From Cycas panzhihuaensis (Eukaryota > Plantae > Cycadophyta), in the NCBI GenBank assembly GCA_023213395.1, contig CM041465.1:104787741-104851740 (forward strand): 64,000 nucleotides of DNA, written 5' to 3'. The position numbers and the translations under genes were made by a program. This document shows, piece after piece, positions 11,369-23,057 of this stretch (positions are counted from its first letter, which is position 1; the number at the start of each line of letters is the position of its first letter). Under the pieces are notes generated by a model that did not search any database, was not told the DNA's origin, and worked only from the letters and a program-made list of their open reading frames with translations.

Positions 11369-14300
11369 ATGAAGTGTGTGATACCAAAAGTTATCTTTAA
11401 TGGCAATAATTTTAGCAAGTGGAAGGCCGATGTGGAGTTAGTATTGATGGCAAATCAATTTTAGGGGATTATTAAGGTGAAGGTAGATGTGATTATGCTT
11501 GACAATAAAGAGCAAGTACAACTTTAGGAGAAGAATTTTATGGCCGTGGGATTGTTGAAAGTATCATTGGCATCGAACTAGAGGGCACTGGTTTATAACC
11601 TTGAAGAGCCAGATGAAATCTAGGCAAAACTGTATAAATTTTTTGAGAAAAAGAAGACAAATAGACATTTAGCCCTAATGTTGGAGCTTCTCAATTCTAG
11701 AGTAGAAGATGAGATCAATACCAATTCCTACCTAAATAAAATCACTAACTTGAAGAATAAGCTAGAAGAATTAAAGTCGAATTTGATCAATGATACACTC
11801 TTGTTTACGATAATCATGTCAAAGTTGCTAGTTGCTTTTGCTACTTTTCAGACCATTTATAATAGAGATGAGATGATAGAGGCAAATACCTTTGATGGCA
11901 TTAAGAATCTTATTCTGGTGGAGGATGCCAAGTTAAAACATCATGGAATGCTTGGAGCTTTCAAATTGTGTTAGGCCTTAGCCATGAAGACGTAGAGGAA
12001 AGAGGTTGTTGAGGAGGAGAAGTTCATATAAAGGTCTAGAGAAAGCTCTCGAGAGAAGAAGAAATTCAATGATAAATATAACTATTATAAGAGAGAAGAA
12101 TTGATGGTTTAAGAGACATGATAGATGCAAAGTAAGTCAGGATGACAAAGGGAAGAGTGTTGTTACACACTACGTTCAAGAATCAACCTTGTTAGCTAAG
12201 TAAAATTAGAGAGATTACTAGATTTTGGACTCTGGAGAACAGAAGCATATCTCCTCTCAAAAGCATAGCTTTCATACATGGAGTAAAAATCATAATGGTG
12301 TGGAAATCATCCTTGGAAATGCTCGCATGTTACCGGTGGAAGGTATTAGTGAACTTTCCTTAAAAGGTGGCAAGTTTACCAAGGTATATTATATACCTAA
12401 GATGCAATTGAATTTGCTTTTTAGCCTAAGAAATTTGCAAGCAAGGAATGAATGTGAAACCTTATAATGATAGATGCCTAATTAAGGATCCGAAGTAGAC
12501 TTTCTCTATCACTGCTATTAGGAAGGTCAAAGATAACTTTTGAGTGTTTAAAAATTTTCAATCTCAAAAGAAGTCATATTCCTTTATTGCCAGTGCAAAT
12601 GATGTGAGCAAGTTGTGGCATGATCCCCTAGGACACCTTAATTATAGAAGCATCACAATGTTGAAGAGGTTGAAGATGGTGGAAGTATTGCCATCTATTT
12701 CATGCTCAAATAGTATTTGTGAAGGGTACATGTATGGAAAGCATCATCACTATCCTTTTGCTTGAGATAATACCTAGAGAGCCAAGGAAAAGCTAGAGCT
12801 TATGCATACAGATGTAATGGGTCCACTCCTAAACCCCTCAATATCAGAAGCTCGGTACACCTTAGTGTTTGTGGATGATTACACTAGGAGAGCCTAGGTA
12901 TACTTCCTGAAGAATAAGTCAAATGTATTTTATCACTTCTATAACTAGAAAGAGATGGTTGAGAATGAAAGTGATAATAAAATTAAGGCATTACGAAGTA
13001 ATAATGGCAAGGAGTATGACAATCATGCATTTAATCAGTTATACCAACATCAAGGTATAAAATGGGAGTTTACAGTCCTAGATAACCCATAACAAAATGG
13101 TGATGCAGAAAGAAAGAATCATACCATGATGGAGATGGCAAGGTGTATTATGTAGTCTAAAAATTTTACATTGATGTTTTGGGTAGAGGTTATGTCAATT
13201 ATTATTTATTTACTAAATTGGGTACCTACTCAACCAATTCAAAGCATGACCCCTGGAGTAATATGGACTGGACGTAAACCTGTCGTTAGCCATTTGAAAA
13301 CTTTTAGGTGCATTAGATATGCACACATCCCAGACAACAATCGTAAGAAGCTAGATCGAAAGAGTCAGAAGTGTATTTTTGTGAGGTATTGTGATTAAAA
13401 GAAAGCTTATAGATTGTGGGATCCATAGGGGAGAAAAATTATGATTAGTCAACATGTCAAATTTGATGAGTTATTAATGTATTGTGCTAAAAAATTATCA
13501 GAAGAGCCTTCTTACCCCCCACTACTTCCATTCCTAGATTTATTATGTTAAGAGGATGATGACCCAATCATTGGAATTCATGAGGAAGCTTGGCTGAGTG
13601 GAGTGAATAATAGTGAGAAGCCGCCACATGAAGAACCACCTTTAGCACTGGGTCCTTCTATACTGCTATAGGCAAGGAAGATGATTGAAGATTCTGAAGT
13701 AGCAATACATACCCTTACTAATGAAAGAAGAATAAGAAGTCAACATACCAGTCAAATTCTACTGGTAGACACCAATAACTCTAGTGATCCTAATTTGTAT
13801 GATGAAGTAAAAGGTGATCCACAATGGAGAGCTGTGATGGAAGAGGAGTATGGCTTACTTATGAAGAATGACACATAGGATTTGGTTCCACTCCCTTCAA
13901 CGAAGAACCTTGTTGGATACAAGTGGGTTTATAAGACTAAGTTTCACTCTGATGGAGAGGTGGACAAGTACAAGTCTAAGCTTGTTGCTCAAGGGTTCAA
14001 ATAAAAAGAAGAAATTGATTATGAGGAGCCATTTATACCAATCTCTAGGATAACAATGGTCCATTTGATCATTTCCTTAGCAGCTACTTATGGTTGGGAG
14101 TTACACCTGACGGATGTCAGGTCTGCATTTCTTAACGAAGATCTAAAGGGAGAAATATACATGTCGTAGCCTCTGAGATTCATTAATAAAGGCTAGGAGC
14201 ATCTTATATGCTGATTAAAGAAATCACTCTATAGGCTGAAATAAGCACCCAGTACTTGGTATGAGAAGATTGATGCCAAGTTAAAAGCTGAAGGATTCAT

Positions 14301-15340
14301 TTTTTCTAATCTCAACTTGAATCTATATGTGAAAAGGAGAGGAATCTCAATAGTAGCTATTGTCTTATATGTGGATGATTTACTTATCAGAGGTAAATAT
14401 AATAAGACTATCATAGGAGTCAAGTCCAATTTAGGAACTACCTTTGACTTGATAGATCTTGAGAGACTTCATTGCTTCTTGGGCATTCAAATCAGGTAGA
14501 TGGAAGATCAGATTATGTTATTGTAGACTCAGTATGTGAAGAACCTAATGCACAAGTTTGGGATGCAAAATTGTAAACTAGTTGCAACACCATCTATTAA
14601 GGGTACAAGATTGTAGAAGGACATGGCCAACCCCTCTATAGATGAAACAAAGTATCGCTAATTGGTAGAGAGTCAAATCTACTTGACTCATACCAGAGAA
14701 AATATCACCTATATTATTGATTTAGTTTTGCAATATATGTAGAATCCTTAAGAACTACATTAGGTTACTGCAAAGTGGATTCTGAAGTACCTGAAAGGGA
14801 CACTCAATCTTAGTCTCAAGTATCGTCATGGTAAGGAGATAAGGTTGTATGGCTACACTAATACTGATTGGGGAGGAGACTCTAACGATTGAAAGTCCAC
14901 TACTAGATACATCGTTGGTGTTAGTAATAGATTTGTTTTGTGGCAGTCAAAGGTGAAACAAACAATGATAATATCTTCTATAGAAGCAAAATATCAAGGA
15001 CTTAATACTAGTGTAAAGGAAGTTGTATGTTTGCAAGGTCTCTTGGATTTTTTTAGAGTTTTAAATGGACATTTGATTATTTTTATCCATAATCAGAGTA
15101 CCATTTGCTTGTCAAAGAATCCAAAGTTCCATACTCGTATGAAGCATATTAAAATATAACACCACTACACTCATGAATAGATCGAGTTAGGAAAGTTACA
15201 AGTCAACTATTATCCAAGTGAATATCAACTTGTAGACATCTTCACCAAGGCACTTACAAAAGATTAATTTACAAAGATGCATACCAAATTTGGACTCCCA
15301 GATGTTATCCTTGAGGGGGGATATATCGACAAGGATAAAT
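11369..15340 (+). pseudogene. Decayed gag-pol of E3
   Basis: Gag MKCVIPKVIFNGNNF, protease ILDSGEQKH, KLWHDPLGHLN, integrase, RT YVDDLL, RNase H KNPKFHTRMKHI. Numerous stops. Confidence 0.9.
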
Positions 15341-15420
15341 AAGCAACAGGATAGTCCCAACCTTCGTGATAACACAACTATTATAGGTTATAGGTTCCCT
15401 ACATTCATATTAAGTGGGGA

Positions 15421-15766
15421 TATTAACATGGCAGTTGTTTGTTAAGCTATTGGTTAATGTTAATGTGATTTAGCTAATCATGATTATCGAAATGGTGTGA
15501 GATATTTAGAGGGTTACAACCCTTGTCAGGTGACACCTCTTAGAAGGATTTATATATCCTAGATCCCTTATATATAAATCAATTCAAACAAGTGTAATCA
15601 ATATGATCCAAGGATCTTTTGTGGTGGGTTTTTCCCAAAAGGATTTATCCATGTAGATCCTATGTATTATGCATCTATATTTTGTGTATATCTTTGTTTG
15701 CTTGTTGTGTATGGTTAAAGATTTAGTAGATATGAACATATATGTATGAATTCATGTTCCTTAATA
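15421..15766 (+). repeat. 3' LTR of E3
   Basis: Direct repeat of 9698-10040. Both termini decayed to TA. Confidence 0.9.
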
Positions 15767-18700
15767 GAGCCCATTAGATCACCACATACATGTTAGTATT
15801 AGATAATTTTTTTGACTATATTAATCACTCATTTAAGGTGATATGAAATACATTGGAGATTAGATTAAGTTGTGAAGTGAGTCCTTGCAAAAAGTTATCA
15901 ACTGCATAGATTGGCCCCACCTTACTATTTCAACATGTGAGATTATGATTTATGAGAAGTACCAAATGTAGAACGATGTGAGTGTAAATATTGACCATGT
16001 AATAAGAAGGGCATGTGTTGACATTTGATCACACCTCGCATATCTAAACTTTGTAGATACAACATGAGCTCATATTTTGAGAATAAGAAAAATAGTGTGG
16101 CATATGTTTATGAAGTAAAGGCTCATGGGTGATGAGTAATGGAAAGTTCGCAAGGTGGTGATTTCACATATTCATAGAGTTTGAGGAGTTGAGTGGATTG
16201 GAAATCTATGAAATAAAGCTATGCGAATAACAAAGTTATAAAGTGAAGGTTTTCAAAATCATTAGTTCCACAAATTAGCATAATGTAAAGTTGCAAGCAA
16301 GTGGTTTGCATTCTTATACCTCACATGGATTATGAAAGATCAAAGAGTCAAGCAAATGGTAGTTCTATGAAGCACAAGTTAGTGAGTAGCATAGTAACAA
16401 GTTAAAATTATACATGAAGATGTGGCATTCAGAGGAGGTCACATACTTTATGAGTCAGTGATATGAGTGAGTTTAATGAAGTGTTTAGAATTCTAAGGAC
16501 TTGAGAAGACAATATTTGATGATAGGTGGTTTCATGACTTTATAAGATTTGGAGAAGTCGAGGTATTAGAAGACATGTAAAGCGAAGCTTTACAAAGTGA
16601 CAAGTTCAAAAAATGAGAAGCTCACAAACTTGTGAAGTTATGAAAAATGGAATCTCGAGAACCACATTACATAAAAATGGTATTACTAATTCAATATGTG
16701 ATTATTATTTGTACTCCACAACACATTTCTAAGTTCTTTGGAAGGGCTATCATTCCATGCATGGTAATTCAATGCCTAGTGTCTCTTTAGAGTAGATATT
16801 TTCACCCACGTAATTATAACTATAGATTTTAAGCAGAAGATATTAAGGGAGAGGACACAATGACAAAGAAAGAAAAGTGGGGTAAAGTTGTAAAGAGGGA
16901 GAGATGCTCAGTAAGGACAAGGTGTTGAAGCAACATATCAAAGAGGTACATAGGTTGATTAAGGCAGTGCAAAAGCAGACTAAAGAGGAGTTAAAGGAAG
17001 TGTACAAAATTACCAAATGATGTAGTACACCTTCTATTCTTGAATTAGAGTGTTCAACAAAGAAGAGGTTGTGATTAGGATTTATAAAAATTGAGTGATA
17101 GCTTGAGAAAGGCCAAATTATAATAAATGTTTGTTGTTATGTATCTATGGTAATAATCTTGTTGTAACTTATAGAGGCTACGATTTTTACACCTCCTAAA
17201 GGGTGGGCTTTCTTGATTAGGAATATATAAAGGTCTAATATCTTGTCATTTGCATGTTCTCTTTTGTTTCACATGATGTAAATCATCCCTTTCCCCATGT
17301 GAGCATCACATCATTATGGTTGTAGCAGTAGTGAACCTTTGTCATTAAGCTCTAGCAGAGTTGTTTGTAATTTGATAATATCTTAATGTTAAATTGATTT
17401 TAGTGAAGAACAATGTTCTATATAATTCATCTAAGAGGTCATGAATATATAGCATTAGATAATAATTCTTTATTGTTATCTTATTTAGTTCCTTGTAATC
17501 TAGACAGGTTTAGTAGGAGCCATCTTTTTTGGGTACTAATATGACTAGAACAATGAAAGGTCTTTAGCTTAAAACAATTACACCCTGCTCTAATAATTAA
17601 TGCATCAATTCCTTATTGATTACCTTGTGATGGTGCAAGTGCCTATAAGGTCAAACATTGATGGGTATCATGCCTAATTCTAACTCCATAACATGTTCTA
17701 TCCCTTTATTTGGTGAAAGTTCTTTTGGGAGATCTTTGAAAACCCTTTAGTGTTCTTGTAAGATGGCTTGCATATCTAGGTGGACTTCCACTTCTACTTC
17801 ATAAGGTTCATGTGTATCAACTTCTTCCTCTTTAAATTACTTATAAGTAGACTCCTCCTCAGTTGGTTCATACGTCTTGATTATTTCTTCTTCAAATTAC
17901 TTGCAAGTGAACTTCTCTTTGCTTGGTCTATGCATTTTAATTAGTTCTTCTTAATTTCATTCAAGTATATTAGTTACTTTTTCTTTAATTTGTCTAATAA
18001 TTTTTTCAAGGTCTTGCTTTTGACATTTATCCCTCAAACTTGTAAAGGCCTCCTTAATGTATTCATCTTAATCCTCATCTAAACACTTTTGAGTACTTTT
18101 ATTATAGTCTATGAGAAAACTAATTTTTGAAGAATATTTCTTAAAATGTGATGACACTAATATGAAAACCACTCAAGAGCACTACTACTCAAATATGGGT
18201 CAATTATCCAATTATAATCTTCTTTTGATGTTTAAGGCATGAATTTATATTATGCTTTAGTCATATCCAACCATGCTATAAGATTATTCCTTTTGTCCCT
18301 ACTAAAATGGAGTATCTATTTTAAATATTTCTTAAAAAAGTATTTTAAAAAAATTACTTCTTAGAAAAATTAGGGCAAAAATAGACCTTTCACACCAAAA
18401 TTAAAATAGCTTGTATTTCAACCATTAATACTAAATGGAACCCTCCTTGATAGAAATATAATGGGAAAATGCTTTTAATAAATTTAGTTTGAAGTGATTT
18501 AAAGACCTATAACTTATGTAATGACATTTTGAAGCTAACTTAAATTTTAAAATTTTAGGGATAACAATAATATCTATTTCTAATTTCTTAATAACTTTTG
18601 ATCTTGATATCCAATCTAGCTGAAATAGCTTTTAACATAAAGGAAACTTTAAAGCAAACTATAAAAGAAAAAAGAAGAAGAAGAAGAGGTTAATAAGATA

Positions 18701-19179
18701 CATGTAGTTCTTATTATGGTTGTTAGAAGTTTAGTAGCTGGTTTTCAACCTTATAGATAGTAATGGACAGTAAACTAAGCTTGAAACCCTTGTAAATTTT
18801 ACAATTCTACCTTAAAACCTATAGTATAGCTACATAAAATTCATGGAACAGGTCTTATCATCTTAAATCTATGGTCATTTTTTAGGATTTAATTGTTTCA
18901 ACCCTTAAAATAGAAGATATATGATAAAACCTTAATTAGACAAAATGATGCTCTAATATGACTTAATGTTGCCTTCCTTAACGAAATCAAAATAATACTA
19001 TCCCTCTTCAAAGCAAGGAGACTTTTGGGATATTATTAAGGTAACCACCACAATTATAGAACCAAAATTGAGATGATTATTCGAGTACAAGATGGATATT
19101 TATAATAAACTAGTTCAATATAATCTTTTCCCTCTAAAATACAGACTTTTAATTTATTAATTATTCTAATTCCTTTATT

Positions 19180-19465
19180 TACATACACACACACACATAC
19201 ACACACAAGAACATGCATACATAGACATAGTGCATACAGACATGCATATATATACATGTGTATATATGGGTATCATGTCTATGTATGCATATGAATGTAT
19301 ATATATGTGTGTGTATACGTTCACACACACACACACATATACATATATATATATATGCTTCTGTATGTATGTATACATACATATTAATGCACACATGTAT
19401 ACACACATAAAAATATATATGTATGTGTATATATATATATGTTTATCACATATATTATTATATAG
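19180..19465. repeat. Compound (AT)n/(AC)n/(GT)n microsatellite
   Basis: Alternating purine-pyrimidine tracts such as acacacacac and atatatatat. Confidence 0.9.
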
Positions 19466-20065
19466 ATAACCTAATTGTGAGTTAAACATAAGTATTTATA
19501 AGTTTGGATATTTGCAATTAGACTGCTTGAATGTTTTTACTATGATAATGCTTTTCATCATTATTTCATTTACAATTCATTGTGGATCAATATGCGTATG
19601 TATTTTACTTTTATTTAATATTATAACATTACATATGGTTTTATATACATTCTTTAAGCTTTCATTGGGTCTCAAATAAAATATTATAAAATAAATAAAA
19701 ATATATGGCATTAATACCATGATGAACTTGGTCAAATTTTACTTATTAAGTTTTATAACATATGAATATCCTTTTGATGTTTTAATATTAAGAAAAATGT
19801 CCATTCAAATATTAAAATATCAAAATGTTAATATGTTTTTAACATTCATATTCTATCTCATTAACTTTTTTATATTATTATTGAGCTTAATATTATTCGA
19901 ATCTTAAATAATAACATTATGTTTATATCACTGTGTTATGATTCAAGGGGCTAATGCATTCAATGTAGATGCTTTAATATTATATAACTTAATGATTCAT
20001 ATCCATCAATCATAATATTATGACATTATTATATTCCCATGATCAATGTGAGGCAATGTTCATTT

Positions 20066-20200
20066 GGTATGTGTCTACATACATACATATATGTATATGT
20101 GCATGTGTATATACGCATACAGACGTACACACACATAGATATATCTACATATATGTGTGTGTGTAAACATACGCATCCACACACATACATACACATATAA
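20066..20200. repeat. Compound (AT)n/(AC)n microsatellite
   Basis: Alternating purine-pyrimidine tracts. Confidence 0.85.
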
Positions 20201-20415
20201 AACATCTCATGCACTAAAAATTAATTAAATTCATTTTAAAGGAAAGATATGTCACATATATTTAATACTCATACAATGAAGCATGTTGATTTTTGTTAGA
20301 TCTCAAATCAACCTTCTTTTATTTATAAAATATGATAATCATTCTTAAATTAACTGGTCAAGGATATGCACTAGTGAAATTATAAAGCAAAGTAAAAATT
20401 TAATGATAAATAAGG

Positions 20416-20934
20416 TGTTTAACCTTATGTTTACAAGTTAAGCATATATACTTTATTTTCATATATATTTATACTTTATGGGGTGATTTATCACTTAAGT
20501 GATAAAGTGTGCATTGTGACTTAAGGGTCAAAATGACCCTTATGTACTTTTGCTCACTTGAGAGCCTAAAAGGACACATGTCCTACATGTAAAGGATGTA
20601 GCATAGATGTTTGACACTTGTCAAACATCTAGGACCTTAGGTCTCTTCTGTAACTCTATATATTGAGATCACTTCTCATGTATCTCATATAAAGTGTGAA
20701 TACTATTGTTATGCTACCAATTTGCTAATTAAATTGATATTCATTTAGAGATTGGACCAATTCCATTTCTTCCACATTTTGGTATCATCTTGCTCATGAT
20801 CTTTCATGTTTTGGTCTTTTTCCTTGCTTATTCTGAGTAGCTTTCATTATTCATATTGATCTTCTTTATTCTAGAACTATATTAGAACATCTTTCTAGAT
20901 CCTGGTTAATGTAGGCTAAATTCCATCTTTAACA
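20416..20934 (+). repeat. 5' LTR of E4
   Basis: TGTT...AACA, direct repeat of 31865-32410. Confidence 0.93.
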
Positions 20935-23057
20935 TTTGGTATCAAAGCAATACAAGGGTATTCCTCTCTATTCTGATTTCTTAGTTTTAAGTGGTCTAGT
21001 TAGGGTTTACAAACCCTTGGTGACAACCTTCGCACTCCAAAGGAAATCTAAGGTTTGTTGAATCCTATTTTTCATCAAATTCAAGGTTTTTTAAGCTACT
21101 TGCAGGTTGGAGGAGACTCATTTTAAGATTTAAATTTTTTCAGACGTTTATAGAGGGTGCAACACTCACTATTACAAAAAAATAATGATTTTCTCTTCTT
21201 CTTCTTTTTTTCCGAAAAAAAAAATTCTTTGTAAGCAAAAGAGCAGATTTGAGGGATTTGTCTACTTTGTGACTGAAAATCAATCTTTTAGACACTATTT
21301 CTAGTCAGCAACTAAATTGCTACAGTTTTCTAACTCTGTTGGGCAGATCTATTACTACTTTTCAGTAATTTTTATTTAAAAAATAGTGATTTTTTCTCTA
21401 TGAAAAAATAATTTCTATAAATTTAAGGCAGATCTCAGGAGTTTGTATGTGTTTTTGACTTAAAAATAGTCCTTCAGTCACTCCATTCATTCTGCACCTA
21501 AGTTTTCAATGTTCTAGGTAGTCTCTCTACTTGTGGGGCAATTTTTTAAAATAAAAATTACTCAGATCCATAGTGCAATCCTGCTTATGTGTCCTACCCT
21601 TTTCTGAAGTATTCCTACACCTGTCATGGGACCCACATGAGCCATCTCTACACTCAGGCATCACTATAAGACCCTGTGGAGTCACTCTGTCATCCCTCAT
21701 GGGCATGTGCCCATTTGTATTTTCAATTGGTTCATTCTTCTTGCACAGTGCACGAAAGCTGGTGAAATTTTAGATGAATCATTATTAGGTAGATATAGGG
21801 CTACCTCTAAAATCTCGCGTCGATTTGATCATTTTGGGAGAAGATCAATTGACCTGAGTGATCACAAAGTCTCGCACCATCATTCAATTTTTTGAAGTAA
21901 AAAAATCTCAATTTTTTCACTTTAGAACTAAAACTTTAGTTTATAAAAATTAAAATATACTAAGTATATTCTATTTTTAATAAACTTTAAAGTTATAAAG
22001 TTCAAGTTTTAAATGTTTCTAATACTTTTAATCACCCTTTTTAAAGTAAATTTAGCTTGTTTTATAATGTTTTGAGCATCACTTAACACACAAAAAAATT
22101 TGCACTTATGTTTTGTGACTCATCAAGTGACTTTTAAGTCATTTTCATAATTGTAAAAGTAAAAATTCACTTATTTTAAGGTTTTTCTTAAGGCTCCCAG
22201 CATGGTGACCTAGTGCCCTGGTAAAAAAGGGTCCATAAACTCATTTTTTTAAATAAAAAATCACTCTTTTTCTTAGTTGGTTAGGACTAATTTAAGTCCT
22301 AACACTTAGTGTATGTGTCTACAATTGCAAAGTGACTCATTTTCATCTTTAAGCAGTTATTTTTTCATCAAGAAGGAACTCACCTATTGCATCACTTAAG
22401 CAAATAAATTATTTTTCACTTGGTTTTAAAAAAAAAAACACTTTGTTCATTTTTTTTAAAGTGCCATTATAAAACACATTTTGTATTATTTCTTGATGTA
22501 CTTTACTTTATTTTTAAAGTACATTATAAGCTTATTTATAAAGCATTCTTTTATAAGTACATCTACCAAGTAAAAGCAACCTAAAGTCTACTTAAATATC
22601 TTTAAAAAATAACTTTAAAATCTGGTGGGAGAGGCTCGAAAAAGGTTCAAACCTTACCTTTAAAATAATCATAAGCTTGGTGCCTTCCTTAGGGGACTAA
22701 TTGACCGTACGATCAGTGCACAACAATTAAGATTTCTTGAGGAAAAAAATGTTTAAAAAGGATGTTATTGGGGCTACAAATCTTAGGGAAAACACGGTAC
22801 ATCTATGCAGATCAACCTTACCTACCTTGTCCTAAATTTGACTTGGTCAACTATTGGATCTCCTCTATAGATCAGAGTTGGACCAACTCTTTTGCTTTGT
22901 CCTCTACCCCTCATCATTCTATTCAGTTGTTGGATCTTCTAATAAGATCAAGATTGTTGGCTTGTCATAAGGTGGAACTTAAGGGATAAAAGCTTAGAGT
23001 TTCCAAGTTCATCTGCTAGCTTTAAGAGTTTACAACTTCAACATCGTTGTTTTAAAC

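Larger units (their letters stand above)
9698..15766 (+). mobile_element. Full-length Ty1/copia element E3 (same family as E8)
   Basis: LTRs 9698-10040 and 15421-15766. PBS tggtatcaaagt 10041-10052. PPT aagtgggga 15412-15420. Flanks GAGGA/GAGCC are only a 3/5 TSD match. 5' leader about 1.3 kb. Confidence 0.9.

Noticed and set aside
19054-20214. ORFs rich in Y/I/C/V/H/T
   Set aside because: These are translations of AT/AC microsatellites, not genes.
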